A stretch of DNA of 60,978 nt, filler included. It is 7 parts of 7 records of this genome, joined end to end, with 100 filler letters (N's around TTAATTAATTAA, not from the genome) between each part and the next. Parts side by side here need not be neighbours in the genome. Positions count along the whole stretch, not along the records: positions 44,466 to 52,662 come from SRR31156797_16510; positions 52,763 to 60,978 come from SRR31156797_16540; 5 more parts are not named here. The stretch is one strand, 5' to 3'. Below, in pieces: positions 48,550 through 57,536 of the stretch. Both the position numbers and the translations under genes were made by a program. Positions within the stretch are counted from its first letter, which is position 1; every line of letters starts with the position of its first letter. The notes beneath the pieces were generated by a model. That model searched no databases, had not been told where the DNA came from, and saw only the letters and a list, made by a program, of their open reading frames with translations.

Positions 48550-48555
48550 TACAGC

Positions 48556-50826
48556 CTATTTTGTCTTCATTACGAATACGCCGTCCCAGTCGTCGGGCGG
48601 AGGATTCTCCTTTAGTTCCGCCACGCGTTCAAGGTAGAGACGGGTCGGTTCGTCGTCCGGGAAGCGTTTGTGAATCGCGCTGAATATCCTCTCGGCGTCA
48701 TCCCAGCGCTGTTTTTTATACGCAGCCACGCCCCGGGTAAAAGTCCGGGCCAGGGTGAGTTTGTCTTCGCCGGCGTCGCCGGGCGTCCCGATCAACTCGT
48801 ATATCCGGACGGGCAGCTCCTTGCCTTTTACGGCCACGGAATCCAACTCCCGGCAGTACATCTCGTCTTTTATCTGTTCATAGGTGACTTCACCAATGAT
48901 TATATTCGTTCCATATTGCTTGTTGGCGCCTTCCAGCCGGGATCCCAAATTGACCGAGTCGCCCATGACCGTATAGTCAAACCGGCTTTCGGAACCCATG
49001 TTCCCAACAACCATCGGCCCCGAATTCAAGCCGATTCCTATGTCTAAATAGGGGATGTCGTCGTCCAAGTCAGCCCAGGTTTTTCTCAGCGTTTCAAGCT
49101 CGGCCATCATTTCCAGGCTCGTTCGACAGGCCAGCCTGGCATGATCCGGCTGGGACAGGGGCGCGCCCCAAACCGCCATAATGGCATCCCCGATATATTT
49201 GTCAAGCAAACCGTTGTACTTGAATACAATATCCGTCATGGACGTCAAGTACTGATTGAGAAGGTGGACTAGGGCCTCCGGGTCCATTTTTTCCGATATA
49301 GTAGTAAATCCGCGGATATCGGAAAAAAGAACGGTCATCATTCGCTTGTCGCCGCCGAGCTTGAGCATGTCCGGATTTTTCAGCATCTCGGAAACGACCG
49401 AGGGGTTGACGTAATAGCTGAATGCGCCCTTGATCTTCTTTTTTTCACGCTCTTCGGTCATGTATCTGTACACCGTGACTATGGTGTAAGAAGCAATAAG
49501 ACTCAATATGGGATAAACAATATTGATCCAGGTTCCCTTGGTAAAAAGATAATAGTTGAGCCCGGCCCACATAAGACCAAGGGCGATTCCCATGAGCGGC
49601 CCCGAAATAGCGGAAAGCCTGGGCAGGGCCAGCCCCATGATCAGCCCGAACATTACAATGGCCGTCAGATCAAGAATCGCGGTCCAACCCGGGCGAACAA
49701 GAAAATCCTGGTGAAGGATGTTATCTATAACATTGGCATGGATTTCAAGCCCGGGGAATAGGCTGTCGAACGGAGTCACCCTTAGATCGTAGATTCCCAC
49801 GGCTGTGGCGCCCACCAGCACAAGGCGGTCCTTGAACGTTCCCTTGGGCAGTCGTTCATTGACAATGTCGGAAATGGAATAGTGGGGGAAAGTCCGCCCC
49901 GGCCCGCGAAAGTTTACCAGCAACCGGCCCAATTCGTCCGTAGGCAGGTCGTATTCTCCCACGCTGATCTTTTCAATGCCTATTTCAGTCACTGTCAGGG
50001 ATGTCGGCAGTTCACCCAGGAAAAATCTTAATGACTGAATCGACAAAGGCATGTAGAACTTATCCCGGCACTGGATAGTCATGGGCACCCACCGAATCGT
50101 ACCGTCCGGGTCCGGGAACATGTTAAAATAACCCGCCGAATCAGCCGCCTCGTGCAATTCAGGGATATTCGACTCCGGAACAAAAGCCTTGGTGAAATTT
50201 GTGTCGGCCAGTTCCAAAGCTGGCGAAGCCAAACGTACAAACGTATAATGGCTGTTGGTTACGCTGTCGATCTTGGCCTGGACTTCTTTGGGTTTAATAT
50301 GAGCGACGCTTTCGTCGCGCATCATGTGGAAAAAATACCCCAGCACTATGGGAGACTTGGAATCGGCTATGGATTTGGTCAGGATCCGGTCGTTGTCCGC
50401 CTGTTCCCGTTCCTTGACCAACATCTCGGCCAGGGTTTCGTTTTGAATGCCCAAGCGGTTGATTTCATTATCAACCCTCTTTATTAAGCCAAGGTTTGTA
50501 TTGGCGTCGGGTTCAAAAAAGCCTACATCAAAGCCGACGACTTTAGCCCCGTCAGCAGACAACACATCTATCATTTTGGCTATGGTCGATCTGGGCCAGG
50601 GCCAGCGCCCCAGTTCATCCACACTTTTTTCATCAATGACTGCGATGGCGACTTCAGGCCCGGGCTCAATCGGCCCTCTGATTAAAAACCTGATATCAAG
50701 AGCCCGCAACTCGACCACTTCGAGAAAACGCGGCCCGATGATATACAGAACGGCCAAAATCAATACAGTGATGATACTCAGTGTAAAGGGATTCAGGCTT
50801 AGAAATTTTTTTAGAGGATTAGCCAT
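48556..50826 (-). CDS. CHASE2-domain class III adenylate/guanylate cyclase
   Basis: LGRWPWPR, DPDGTIR and GLEIHAN (CHASE2), three TM helices, FSDIRGFT, DKYIGDAIMA and YTVMGDSVNLGSRLEG (Lys/Thr pattern suggests ATP as substrate), C-terminal WDGVF. ATG 50826 preferred. Confidence 0.93.
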   Translation of the reverse strand: MANPLKKFLSLNPFTLSIITVLILAVLYIIGPRFLEVVELRALDIRFLIRGPIEPGPEVAIAVIDEKSVDELGRWPWPRSTIAKMIDVLSADGAKVVGFDVGFFEPDANTNLGLIKRVDNEINRLGIQNETLAEMLVKEREQADNDRILTKSIADSKSPIVLGYFFHMMRDESVAHIKPKEVQAKIDSVTNSHYTFVRLASPALELADTNFTKAFVPESNIPELHEAADSAGYFNMFPDPDGTIRWVPMTIQCRDKFYMPLSIQSLRFFLGELPTSLTVTEIGIEKISVGEYDLPTDELGRLLVNFRGPGRTFPHYSISDIVNERLPKGTFKDRLVLVGATAVGIYDLRVTPFDSLFPGLEIHANVIDNILHQDFLVRPGWTAILDLTAIVMFGLIMGLALPRLSAISGPLMGIALGLMWAGLNYYLFTKGTWINIVYPILSLIASYTIVTVYRYMTEEREKKKIKGAFSYYVNPSVVSEMLKNPDMLKLGGDKRMMTVLFSDIRGFTTISEKMDPEALVHLLNQYLTSMTDIVFKYNGLLDKYIGDAIMAVWGAPLSQPDHARLACRTSLEMMAELETLRKTWADLDDDIPYLDIGIGLNSGPMVVGNMGSESRFDYTVMGDSVNLGSRLEGANKQYGTNIIIGEVTYEQIKDEMYCRELDSVAVKGKELPVRIYELIGTPGDAGEDKLTLARTFTRGVAAYKKQRWDDAERIFSAIHKRFPDDEPTRLYLERVAELKENPPPDDWDGVFVMKTK

Positions 50827-51066
50827 GGCCTGTGCAGTCTTTTGGGTTCCGTGTCGGCGCAACGCCGGTTTTTTATTTTATAGATCAGATTTACATAACA
50901 AGATTATCATAAATAGTAATATCAAATAATTGCAACTTTTACAATCGGTTTCCGTCAAATGGAAAACGCGGCTTTCATACAGGACGCCCTTGACGCCGGG
51001 GACCTATTGGAGTCCACAAGAGGCAATGCCTTGTTCGAAAGATATATGGGGGGGCCCGCCCGATGT

Positions 51067-51666
51067 TTATCTCCTGGGCGCGTACCAAATGACCTTGCCC
51101 TTGGAATTATGAAATGAAAGGGTGGGCTTCCGGCCCTCTTTTATGGCCAAGCCCGCCCTGGGCCGGCCCTCTTCATCGGCCAGCGCCAAACCCAGTTCCT
51201 GGCTTTCCTGCCAGAGAGCCAGCCGATCCCGTCCCATATGGTCTCTCAATATCATGGCCGGTGAATCGTCGGCGCCTAATCCCAGGGCTATTCTTCCGCG
51301 GCCGTTGCTGTCCGAAAGTATCATGTTCGGATTCTCTGTCGCGTTCAGAGCCAATTGAATCCGGGGCTTGCCTTCGCTGTCTCTTAACCACAAGGCGGGA
51401 TTCCCGTTATAACTCAGGCCTATTTCAACCCGGAATTCTCCATTATCGTCCGTCATTATCAGTCTGGGCCTGCCCCTTAATAGTGAAAGGAGAGCCCTGG
51501 TTCTCCCGCTTTCATCCACCAGACGCAATTCCGATGTGGTTATCATCATCGAATCCTGGGCTCTGGCCATGGTCGCGGGAAAAAGGTTGACCAGGGCGCC
51601 GCCGGCCAATCCCGCGACAGCCATTACTATTAAAGCTATGGTGAATTGCATTCGGGTCATAAACAT
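51067..51666 (-). CDS. Exported hypothetical protein with 22-23-aa tandem beta repeats
   Basis: Signal/anchor helix, then six to seven units resembling P-x-L-x-L-x-D-x-x-G-[RK]-x-R-h-x-L. Confidence 0.75.
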   Translation of the reverse strand: MFMTRMQFTIALIVMAVAGLAGGALVNLFPATMARAQDSMMITTSELRLVDESGRTRALLSLLRGRPRLIMTDDNGEFRVEIGLSYNGNPALWLRDSEGKPRIQLALNATENPNMILSDSNGRGRIALGLGADDSPAMILRDHMGRDRLALWQESQELGLALADEEGRPRAGLAIKEGRKPTLSFHNSKGKVIWYAPRR

Positions 51667-51741
51667 TCCTCCGGCGGTTTAAAAAGGGTTGCCTGCATAT
51701 AAAAATCGCATAACGCAAAGGCGGAAGCAATCTCAAAATTA

Positions 51742-51766
51742 AAAAGGGCTGTTCAGCCCTTTTTTT
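51742..51766. terminator. Terminator hairpin after the Gly-rich gene
   Basis: AAAAGGGCTG-TT-CAGCCCTTTTTT. Confidence 0.65.
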
Positions 51767-51788
51767 AAATAATCTATGAGTAATGTCT

Positions 51789-52662
51789 TTATTTCCCTCG
51801 GCCTCCGCCGCCGGAACCGCCGCCTCCGCCGCCGCCGGAACCGCCGCCTCCTCCGCCGGAGCCGCCGCCCCCGCCGCCGGAACCGCCGCCTCCCTGGCCG
51901 CCTTGGCCGCCGCCGGAACCAAACCCGCCGCCGGAACCGCCTGAAGAGCCCAAATTGCCGGCCCTGGCGCCTTGACCTGTTTCATCAGAATAGGTTTCGG
52001 CAAGTTCTTCAGGCTTATTATGTCTGGCCTGATTTCTAAATCTGTTCCTCAGCGTCTTCATTTCATCGGAATTATATCCGTTTTTCAGAGCATTGCCGAT
52101 GGTTTCCGAGGTCTGCCGGGACGGCGCTCCCAACCGGGCCATGGTCCTGGCCGCCATAAAAGATTCCGAAGCCAGCTCTTCAAGATTGGTGCGGGACATT
52201 TCCCTTTTTCTTTCCCTTAACCGTTGCGCGATGCCCAAACAGTCCTCTTTTTGCATTCCGGAGGCCATGCTTCCGGCAATTGCGTTTTCAATTTCTCTGG
52301 TCCTTTTACCGCCCGCGGAAATTTCCCTGGCCAGGCCGTTGGCAAAAGAATGGCGAGAACGCACGCGCTCCATGGCTTGCACAATTTGACCGGCCCCGAC
52401 CTTTTTGGCCGCGCCTTCACCAACCTTGTCCGAAATGGGGACCGTATTAAGCCCCTGACGATGCGCCTCCGTTAATATATTTCCGGCCCGTTTCATTTCC
52501 TGAAGGCTGAATCCGTTCCGGATCATGGACCGGGTCATGTTCAAGACCTGGTCCTTATCCAAGCCTGCCCTGACCATTTCCCTGGCCATGGTCCTGACCT
52601 GCCGCGGCGTCTCGGGCGGCAGCCCGTCATCAATTTCATCAGCCATGGCCGGCGGACAAAAT
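51789..52662 (-). CDS. Hypothetical helical protein with Gly/Ser-rich C-terminal tail, probably 5'-truncated
   Basis: Helical repeats followed by about 50 residues of GGGGS-type low complexity (DNA 51800-51945); begins at the spacer. Confidence 0.7.
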
Positions 52663-52762
52663 NNNNNNNNNNNNNNNNNNNNNNNNNNNNNNNNNNNNNN
52701 NNNNNNTTAATTAATTAANNNNNNNNNNNNNNNNNNNNNNNNNNNNNNNNNNNNNNNNNNNN
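52663..52762. other. Artificial contig-joining spacer
   Basis: N-run with TTAATTAATTAA. Confidence 0.99.
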
Positions 52763-53407
52763 CCACAAAAAGCAAAGTTCCTGAAGATCCTTGCTGCTGT
52801 AAAGAAAGAGATCGAGAAAATGGCAACCCATGGATCTATCTTTTTCTCATCAGGTAAAGATGGCTTAAAGTCAACTGTAAAGATCAGTGGAAAAGAGCAT
52901 AAGATAAACAAAAAGATCTTTCTTAAACCTGGGAAATATAATTTTTCTGTTACATCACAGGGCTATAAAAAACTCAAAGGCAATGTTTATATATCAAAGG
53001 GAGATAAGAGGTATGTAAAACTCATCCTCATTCCTGAAAATATTGCCAAAACAGAAGTTTTTGTTCAGGTTCTAAGTAAGGTTAGAATTGTTGATGATAT
53101 TGAAAAGGCTTTACTGGATTTCGGGATAGTTCCATCTCCAAACAAAGAGCTTCCTCATTCAATAGTTGTGACTCTTAAAGGAAGCACGGTGACTGTTGAT
53201 AAATATAGGAAATATATTCTTGAGATGGATCTTCATACTTTCAAGAATGGTCAGAAATATAAGATAACTCACTATGAACATAAGCCTTTCTTCGTTACTC
53301 GCCAGACAGAGGCGGCGGAGATCAGAAAACAGACTAAGAAAGTTGCGCTCGCAGTTGTGAAAAAGTTCTTTTCCAGCATCGATGTCAGTGATTTTCTTTC
53401 AGAGTAG
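52763..53407 (+). CDS. Hypothetical protein with PEGA-like domain, 5'-truncated
   Basis: Frame open from the contig edge; LKPGKYNFSVTSQGYK resembles PEGA. Confidence 0.65.
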   Translation, partial: PQKAKFLKILAAVKKEIEKMATHGSIFFSSGKDGLKSTVKISGKEHKINKKIFLKPGKYNFSVTSQGYKKLKGNVYISKGDKRYVKLILIPENIAKTEVFVQVLSKVRIVDDIEKALLDFGIVPSPNKELPHSIVVTLKGSTVTVDKYRKYILEMDLHTFKNGQKYKITHYEHKPFFVTRQTEAAEIRKQTKKVALAVVKKFFSSIDVSDFLSE

Positions 53408-53410
53408 GGG

Positions 53411-54325
53411 GTGATGATGAACTTTAATAGAAAAACGTTTGTTTTTTTCGCACTCTTTCTTTTGTTTTCAATGCTTCACGGACAAATAAAGGTTGCTGTC
53501 ATTGATTTTAGCGGAAACAAGTTCTGGACAAATGATGCCAAGATAGTTACCGAAATAATAATGTCAGAGATCGCAACTTCTAAAAAAGTCAGTGTTGCTG
53601 AAAGAAGTGAGCTTAAAAAAGTTCTTAATGAACATGGACTAAATCTATCTGGAGTTGTTAATCCGGATGAGGCGGCTCAGCTTGGTCAGTTTATGGCTCT
53701 TAACAAGCTTATCACTGGTTCTCTTGGAAAACTCGGTGGAAAATATGTTATAACCGCAAAGATGATCGACATTGAATCATCCAAGGTCGAGCTTGCAGTC
53801 ACAGAGACCCTTCAAAACAACAGTATGCTGTCTTCTGCGGCGAAAATCGTTGCAAGGAAGCTACTCGACGGGATAGAGAACAAAAAGACTGTGAACGAAA
53901 GCGCAAGAGAGATGCTTAAATATTCCTGCAATACAAAAAAGGATGCTCTGAGCTGTCACAAGCTTGGAGTTATGTGGTACAGAGGCGAAGAAGGTATAAA
54001 AAACCATCAGTTTGCAAAGAAAAGTTTTGTTGTAGGATGTCTTTTCGGTTACGGAAAATCCTGTTATTACACCGCTAACATGTTTAAAAAGGGAATCGGT
54101 GGAAGAAGAAATTTCAACCAGGCGAACAATTTCTTTAAAAAAGCATGCAACTCCGGCTACAAGAAGGGTTGTGGAAAACAGACACATCCGCCTAAAAAGA
54201 AAAGCAACAATGCCTTCGGAGATCCGATGCTTGACAATTCAAATGCATCTATCGGGATTGGAAGTCCTTCAAAGAAAAAGGCAGCAGCACCATCAAAAAC
54301 AGTAATTCCTGAACTGGAAGACTGA
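53411..54325 (+). CDS. Exported CsgG/HfaB-like domain plus SEL1-like repeat protein
   Basis: Signal peptide; VAVIDF...VAERSELKKVLNE...LITGSLGKLG domain; then Cys-containing SEL1 repeats (SCHKLGVMWYRGEEG, FFKKACNSGYKKGC). Confidence 0.78.
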   Translation: MMMNFNRKTFVFFALFLLFSMLHGQIKVAVIDFSGNKFWTNDAKIVTEIIMSEIATSKKVSVAERSELKKVLNEHGLNLSGVVNPDEAAQLGQFMALNKLITGSLGKLGGKYVITAKMIDIESSKVELAVTETLQNNSMLSSAAKIVARKLLDGIENKKTVNESAREMLKYSCNTKKDALSCHKLGVMWYRGEEGIKNHQFAKKSFVVGCLFGYGKSCYYTANMFKKGIGGRRNFNQANNFFKKACNSGYKKGCGKQTHPPKKKSNNAFGDPMLDNSNASIGIGSPSKKKAAAPSKTVIPELED

Positions 54326-54347
54326 TCGCAAAACATCCTGACTGATA

Positions 54348-54367
54348 AATTGATAATTATTCTAAAT
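54348..54367. promoter_or_regulatory. Fur-box-like AT-rich imperfect palindrome
   Basis: AATTGATAATTATTCTAAAT, about 45 bp upstream of the ECF-S gene. Confidence 0.4.
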
Positions 54368-54411
54368 AAGGATATTCTTTCAAAGTTGTAGACTATTTAT
54401 CGGAGAAGAAA

Positions 54412-54900
54412 ATGTATAACGAGAGCGTTTTAAAGTTTGATGTAAGTTTTAAAAGTATATTCATGCTTCTTATTCTCGGGATACTTCCAAACATTATGGG
54501 AATGCTAAATATTCCTACTGTCGCAGGGTTTAAGATCCATACTTTTCAATATGTTGTCTTTGTTGCAGCTGCACTTTACGGTCCTGTAGGTGGTGTTGTA
54601 AGTGGTGGCATGGGCAGCTTGTTTACTGCGATCGCGCTTAGTAATCCATATATCGCCGTTGGAAATATGATCCTTGGTTTTATGACCGGATTTTTTATCA
54701 GAAAGGGTTTTGGTCTTATTCCGTCCGTCCTGCTTGCTTTTGTGATCCAGGCTCCATGGCTTTACGTCTCTGATGTTTATCTTGTTGGCATGTCAGCTAA
54801 GCTTGTGATTAATATTTTGATAGCGCTTCTTTTTTCAAATACTTTGTGGGCAGTTGCTACAAAATATTCATACAAGTCAATTGAAAAAGCCGTAAAGTGA
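54412..54900 (+). CDS. ECF transporter S component-like membrane protein
   Basis: 162 aa, about six TM helices, AAALYGPVGGVVSG motif. Confidence 0.75.
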   Translation: MYNESVLKFDVSFKSIFMLLILGILPNIMGMLNIPTVAGFKIHTFQYVVFVAAALYGPVGGVVSGGMGSLFTAIALSNPYIAVGNMILGFMTGFFIRKGFGLIPSVLLAFVIQAPWLYVSDVYLVGMSAKLVINILIALLFSNTLWAVATKYSYKSIEKAVK

Positions 54901-54927
54901 TTGAAGATATCTCAAAACAGGGGTGAA

Positions 54928-55968
54928 ATGTCTAAAGTTTATTATAAAAAGATCGATTCCAATACTTCGGTTTCACAAATACAGACTCTTACAAGGCAAC
55001 TGCTTGAAACGATTGTTAAAAATGAGAATCTTGAACTTGAAAGAAAGGTGCCTCTTAAGGTGCATTTCGGTGAAAAAGGCAACACGACTTTTATCCGGCC
55101 AGAGAACTATGAAGGGATTATCGAATATTTAAAGGAAAAGGGAATTGACACCAGCTATCTGGAGACAAGTGTTCTCTACGGTGGTCAGCGTCATAGAAAG
55201 GATCTTCATATAAAAACAGCTCTGGAGCATGGGTTTGATCAAGTTCCTATTGTTATCACCGATGGTGAGCAGGGAGAGTCATTTTCTGAGATAGAGGTAA
55301 ATAAAAAGCACTTTAAAACATGTAAGCTTGGGAAAGAGTTTGAGAAATACAACCAGCTTATAGTTCTGTCACATTTTAAAGGGCATGGACTTTCAGGTTT
55401 CGGCGGAGCTATCAAGCAGCTTTCAATGGGTTTTGCCGCAAAGGGTGGAAAGATGGCGATGCACATGGGAATTAAGCCAAAGATAGTTAAAAGAAAATGT
55501 AAAAAATGCAACATGTGCAAAAAACCATGCAATGTGGATGCGATCACTATTGATAACAACCCGAGAATTGATCATGACAAGTGTGTCGGTTGCGGTGCGT
55601 GTATGTCGATCTGTCCACATAAAGCTATAACGATCTTCACGTTGAAAGGAATTTACACAGCACTTTTTAAAAGGACTGACTTTCTGGAAAAACTCGTTGA
55701 ATATGCCTACGCTGCACATCACGGAAGAAAGAATATCTATATCAACTTCGCAATGAATATCACCAAGAGCTGTGACTGCATCGGAAAGCCGATGAAGCCG
55801 GTCATTGATGATTTCGGTATCTTTATCTCAACTGATCCGGTCGCGATTGATAAAGCTTGTTATGATATCTCAAAAGAAAAAGGGAAGAAGTTCAAAGGGG
55901 AGTTTCAATTTGGCTATGCACAGGAGATCGGTCTTGGAAAAGTCAATTATGAGCTCATTGAGATCTAG
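54928..55968 (+). CDS. DUF362 family protein with 2x[4Fe-4S] ferredoxin insert
   Basis: KVHFGEKGN, SHFKGH...GFGGAIKQLSMG, CKKCNMCKKPC and CVGCGACMSICP, CDC, STDPVAIDKA; ATG 54928. Confidence 0.9.
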   Translation: MSKVYYKKIDSNTSVSQIQTLTRQLLETIVKNENLELERKVPLKVHFGEKGNTTFIRPENYEGIIEYLKEKGIDTSYLETSVLYGGQRHRKDLHIKTALEHGFDQVPIVITDGEQGESFSEIEVNKKHFKTCKLGKEFEKYNQLIVLSHFKGHGLSGFGGAIKQLSMGFAAKGGKMAMHMGIKPKIVKRKCKKCNMCKKPCNVDAITIDNNPRIDHDKCVGCGACMSICPHKAITIFTLKGIYTALFKRTDFLEKLVEYAYAAHHGRKNIYINFAMNITKSCDCIGKPMKPVIDDFGIFISTDPVAIDKACYDISKEKGKKFKGEFQFGYAQEIGLGKVNYELIEI

Positions 55969-57536
55969 AGAACAATAACTGAACAGCCGGAGCTTTCAGG
56001 GTCGCCGTATCTGCTGAGTGGGTCGTCCTCATCTTCAATACATTTTCCAGAGCTTTTATCACAGATAAAATGATTTGGACAGTCATTATCACAGTCGGAG
56101 TAAGCCGGTCCGCACTCACCATTTTTTGCCATTTCAACAGCTTTTGCAGCATCAATGAGCCCAAAACCATAACATCTTGAGTGTTTCTGATCGGGATCGC
56201 TTGCAAGTGCAGTTCTTGACGAGTCTCCTTTTGGACATGATATGTCTGGGATAGTTGCAGATTTTTTCATACAGTTCATGACTTGTGAGGCTGTAAGCTT
56301 AGGGTTTGCACTTATTATCAGTCCTGCAATTCCGGAAGCAACGGCAGTTGAAGCGCTTGTTCCAATAAAATCATCAGTATAATCAAGATCTTCAGGTCCC
56401 GTCAGGTAGCTGTTGTTGAATCCTTTTTCTCCAGGAATATCAGCGGTTACAGAAGCTGCAGGAAGTGCAGAGTCTATTCTGTCTCCCCAGTTTGAATAAT
56501 AGCTCATCGTGCCGGTTCTTTCCACAGATCCAACCAGAAAAAGGTTGGGGTTGTCATAGTTTCTGTTAAGATCCGTGTCGCACTTGGAGTTTCCCGCTGC
56601 CCAGATAACAACAGCGCCTAAACCGTTCCTTCCATTTTCGACTGCATAGTTTACAGCATCAAAGCGATAGTTATCTAAAACAACATCAATACAGTTTCCA
56701 GTTTCGTCAGTGTCTATTTCTCCCCAACTGTTGTTAATGATAGAAGCGCCTCGATCGGTCATCCATTTAAATGCTTCAAGAGTTCTTGAAACAGCAATAT
56801 ACTGCTCGTCATAGTTAAAGAATTTTATCGGCATTATCAAGCAGTTGGGACATATTCCGGCAACTCCGGTAGAGTTGTCAGTAACCGCAGCGGCTACTCC
56901 AGCAACGCCTGTGCCGTGGGCAGCAACGGTATTGTTGTTTGCTCCCGAAACACCACTGTCAGGGCTCACGGAACTCGAAGTTTTTGCAAAGCTTTTTCCT
57001 TTGATGATATTTGCGGATAGGTCCGGATGCTCAATTGAAACCCCACTATCCAGAACTCCAATTATTGAATAAGGCTCACCTTTGGTCTGCTTCCATGCAT
57101 CTGTAGATTTTATCATAGGCAGAGACCACTGTTCTTCAAAAAGCGGGTCGTTAGGATAGCTTTTAGTAACGATCTTTCTTAAGTAATCAGGTTGAACCCA
57201 TTTTACAGGAACTGAAGTTCTTATTTTTTCACTTATTTTAAAGGGGTCCGTTCCTTTTATCAGTTTGATCTTTAAATGACAGGTGCCATTTTTGCAGTCG
57301 ATCTCAATAACCTGATGCTCGCTAAATAGATCAAGGTTCTTTTCTTCAGTTTTTACACCAAGATAGCCATTAAGATACAGTTTTGAATTATTGAGTTTAA
57401 CTATTGGCCAACCTTTTTCCGTTTTCTGATCCATTTTTACAAATTCGATCTTTTTTCCATTTTCAAGATAGAAAAACGGATTGGAATTTAAAGTAAAGAA
57501 TAGAAGAAGTGTAAAAAGGACAGCAGTTTTTTTCAT
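55965..57536 (-). CDS. Secreted S8 (subtilisin-like) serine peptidase with C-terminal Cys-rich region and GCS tail
   Basis: Triad VLDSG / AHGTGVAG / GTSAS, oxyanion AAGN, signal peptide; ends SSGCSVIVL. Confidence 0.92.
   Translation of the reverse strand: MKKTAVLFTLLLFFTLNSNPFFYLENGKKIEFVKMDQKTEKGWPIVKLNNSKLYLNGYLGVKTEEKNLDLFSEHQVIEIDCKNGTCHLKIKLIKGTDPFKISEKIRTSVPVKWVQPDYLRKIVTKSYPNDPLFEEQWSLPMIKSTDAWKQTKGEPYSIIGVLDSGVSIEHPDLSANIIKGKSFAKTSSSVSPDSGVSGANNNTVAAHGTGVAGVAAAVTDNSTGVAGICPNCLIMPIKFFNYDEQYIAVSRTLEAFKWMTDRGASIINNSWGEIDTDETGNCIDVVLDNYRFDAVNYAVENGRNGLGAVVIWAAGNSKCDTDLNRNYDNPNLFLVGSVERTGTMSYYSNWGDRIDSALPAASVTADIPGEKGFNNSYLTGPEDLDYTDDFIGTSASTAVASGIAGLIISANPKLTASQVMNCMKKSATIPDISCPKGDSSRTALASDPDQKHSRCYGFGLIDAAKAVEMAKNGECGPAYSDCDNDCPNHFICDKSSGKCIEDEDDPLSRYGDPESSGCSVIVL

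Noticed and set aside
51512-52039. Ala-rich and Arg-rich ORFs and GCC repeats as separate genes or an array
   Set aside because: Alternative frames of the poly-Gly tail; no spacer-repeat structure.
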